Positions 50,706-53,315 of a DNA stretch of 53,315 bases are shown here, piece after piece. This stretch comes from Phoronis australis (lineage: Eukaryota > Animalia > Phoronida): NCBI GenBank assembly GCA_002633005.1, contig NMRA01000618.1, forward strand, positions 1 through 53,315, read 5' to 3'. Below the pieces are notes generated by a model that saw only the letters and a list, made by a program, of their open reading frames with translations, searched no databases and had not been told where the DNA came from. Made by a program: the position numbers and the translations under genes. Position 1 is the stretch's first letter. Every line of letters begins with the position of its first letter.

Positions 50706-52122
50706 ACACTGCTAAACCCTTGAGCCAGGTTTCTAGCTCCTCAGCTCGGTTTTAACCATACATTAATAAAGCATAAAAATATTTCCAGGTGATCAGTGCA
50801 ATGGGCCCACATGCGAGGCCTGCCCACGTCTGCTACAACGTGTATCAGACCGCCTGCAATTAATTATTTTTTATATATTTTTGTATTCGTGCGCGCCGAA
50901 TGAAAGTAATCGTGAGTGTTGCTGTGTTGCAAAATCTCTTATCCTAGGCCGATTTGAAAAATTCAATGTTGTACTCATATTTGTTGTCGCTCCTCTTTTC
51001 AAATATTACAGTAAAAACTACCTAAAACTCTCTCCATAAAAAGTACAGTCTGCTAGCTAGATTGTAATCAGCTGATCATATCCGCATGAGCAAAGCCAAT
51101 TATCCTCGCTTGTGACTCAATGAATACAGCAGATTGGTGGCATTTCTTTGATCGTGAGCCGAGCGCGACTCAGCCAAGGTGGATAAATAGGTTCTAGTTC
51201 AATCTGCCAAACCCGACCGTTTACCTTGATAGGCAGGGTTTGGGCCAATCTTATTTAGTGGGAATGTTTATAGCATGTAAAAACACTTGTGGCACGAAAA
51301 GCGAAAAGAATATAACGAAAGGGTATTGAGAATAAGATTTTGTTCATTACAGTAAGTATTTTCGTATACTGGAGCCACATGTAGGCATTTTAAGATAAAT
51401 AGCGGACTTTTTTAAGCGCAACTAAATTAATTGTAAAGACACCAGCCGTGATTTCTGCAAAAGGTCTGGCAGACAACATCGAGAATAGCCAATTTCTAAT
51501 AAAATTACCAAAAACTATGCCTTTTATTATTTACAGCTCTGGTCCAAGTTGTGTCTACAAATAATTGTCCTTTGCAGTGTTAGTCATGCTGAAGTTGCTG
51601 ACTTCAAATTGAAATAAATCGAGCTGTTAATCCTCTGGTGTTGATAAGATCAATGAACTGGATTTGATCCAGGATTTTTTCAACTTCTAATTAGGAGCAC
51701 TAACTCGCACTATTCAGGAATATACTTAGCCACTCGCCGTCTCGCCCAATCGCCAATACGAGTAAAAATGGTGCTGGGCAAATAGAAATTGACTTGCCGG
51801 TTGCCCAGGTGGCGAGCGAATTTTCAGAGTGCAAAAGCACTATTGTTTCCCAGATGAACATGAATAAATTTTCTCCTCCTTGTGCAGCTTTTATCTTGAA
51901 TTTAATGGAGAATGCCAGGCGATTTGATTAGTCCTTTTTAGCTGTCTTTATCAGTCTATATTCACATCACCTCTTATATGGTCGATCTCTCCTCACCTAG
52001 AGGTGTCGCGTTAACCTGTGAGGGAGGTGAGAAAGGACTCAGCGACACCATGGAAACAAACAGCTACAATTAATTCAAGGCATGAGAACGTAACATTTTA
52101 TATAACCTGTTTGATGACTTAC

Positions 52123-52540
52123 TCATTCGTCAGGCTTCTGTTTGGTCCCCTGGGTGTAGGATGTTTTTGCCAGTTCTTTTTCCCAGTACCAAAAATGTAA
52201 GCAGACTTCTGTTTAGATGCGGTGCAAAATCAGGATGGTCCGTGAGACACATCTGCACTTCTCCAAGAAGTCGTTTCACTTGCGGAATTTCGTGGCAACA
52301 AACGCAAGCGTCAGTTGTTTCCATCATAATGCAGTAAGCTCACTGACACCATGACAAGTCATTCAAACGGTTTTAAGAACTATCCATATGTTCCGATGTC
52401 TGTGCACGTTCGCGGCGCCTCTCTTGTATTTCTTGATCAGTGAAATCCACTTCAAAGTGATAGCTTGTGAAACCTAAGGATCGACCTGTGAAATCTTCGT
52501 AGGATGAGCACTCATCTAAGTCGGGATTGCGAGTTGCCAT
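52123..52540 (-). pseudogene. Decayed cysteine-rich P2X7-C-terminal-like (KolX-type) gene, probably from a Kolobok transposon
   Basis: MATRNPDLDEC...YHFE...NRLNDLSWCQ*AYCIMMETTDACVCCHEIPQV...CLTDHPDF; motif WCxCxxC-x7-CVCCxE-x13-CxTxHPxF; in-frame stops at ~52373 and ~52340; ends at a gtaagt donor. Confidence 0.7.
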
Positions 52541-52817
52541 GGTTGGCGTTTATTATTGTGCGCTCCATTTCAAAATGAATTATTCTAACCCTAACAAATG
52601 CTTATATAAAACTGAAACAAAGATGCAATAAATTAATTGACCGGGCACATATCGTGACTAATACGCTTACAAGGAAGTCACATATTTCTAAAGATATGCG
52701 AGAATTTTGACCGGTCTTCCTTCTGAATGGCTTGTACCTGGATCAAAGAGAGCGCAGTACCAGAATCCCTTGCAGTTGTGATGACCGCATTGCTGGGATG
52801 CGAGCAAGACCCAATTA

Positions 52818-53000
52818 CCGTAATCGTTCGGGTTAACGCCCATGCTCAGTTAACCGCCCACCCCTACTTTAGGTGGATTTTCGATTTAACCGCCCACTGC
52901 TCGGTTAACCGCCCCCTGCTATTTTTGAAGATTTCCAAGTAAGCGCCCACCTCTCGGTTAAGCGCCCATCCCCTACTTTTGACGATTGGTGATTACCGCC
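52818..53000. mobile_element. Left end of a TA-targeting pogo/mariner-like element
   Basis: TA|CCGTAATCGTTCGGG terminus with repeated TAA(C/G)CGCCCA subterminal motifs. Confidence 0.55.
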
Positions 53001-53315
53001 CTGTGCTAATAGGAAACGCGAATCCCCGACCTTTTAGATTAAGATCGATGATAACATTGAGTGCAACGACGGCCTCAGAGACCGCGGTTTAGCAATGTGA
53101 ATTATGATACCAGTAACAAATTATTGTAACGGGTCATCGATTAACTTCAAAATGTAATACTTGAACACTTTGTCACTTTCTTTTCTTCTCATGTTCGCAA
53201 ACTTTAGGAACCGCGCTGGCGTCTACACCTCCACTTTCAGCCACAATCTCTGCCGCACTGAGTTATCGACTACAGTGCACTATATAAAAGATGCATTCGA
53301 AATAACCAGGTCAGA

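Overview
Eukaryotic (intron-rich, AT-rich invertebrate, plausibly lophotrochozoan) genomic DNA, not prokaryotic. The main feature is a complete 15-exon Munc18/STXBP1 (unc-18/Rop, Sec1 family) gene on the minus strand: CDS join 31708-31681 (or the duplicate 30553-30526), 26823-26695, 25830-25754, 24151-24070, 21754-21651, 20900-20667, 19363-19233, 18756-18649, 18379-18172, 17127-16989, 16362-16253, 15522-15409, 14166-14078, 12941-12793, 12288-12227. That is 1764 nt / 587 aa, with GT-AG introns and consistent phases throughout. About 0.8 kb upstream, head-to-head, a plus-strand gene appears to start (exon 32502-32523 splicing in frame to 45738-45940); its peptide resembles the invertebrate C3G/RAPGEF1 N-terminus. 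The rest is transposon debris and repeats: a LINE and two hAT remnants, several MITE families with visible TSDs, nested TIR/foldback elements, a CACTA-like end, a Helentron-like element, a decayed Kolobok-type P2X7-C-terminal-like gene, three tRNA-like cassettes and minisatellites. Two near-identical duplications abut single Ns (likely assembly artefacts), and there is an 873-nt N gap. I see no convincing new biological system. The best leads are the divergent Munc18/C3G-like pair, decayed tandem copies of the Munc18 exon-12 donor region, and tRNA-like cassettes inside DNA transposons. All family assignments are by eye from recalled motifs; no searches were run.
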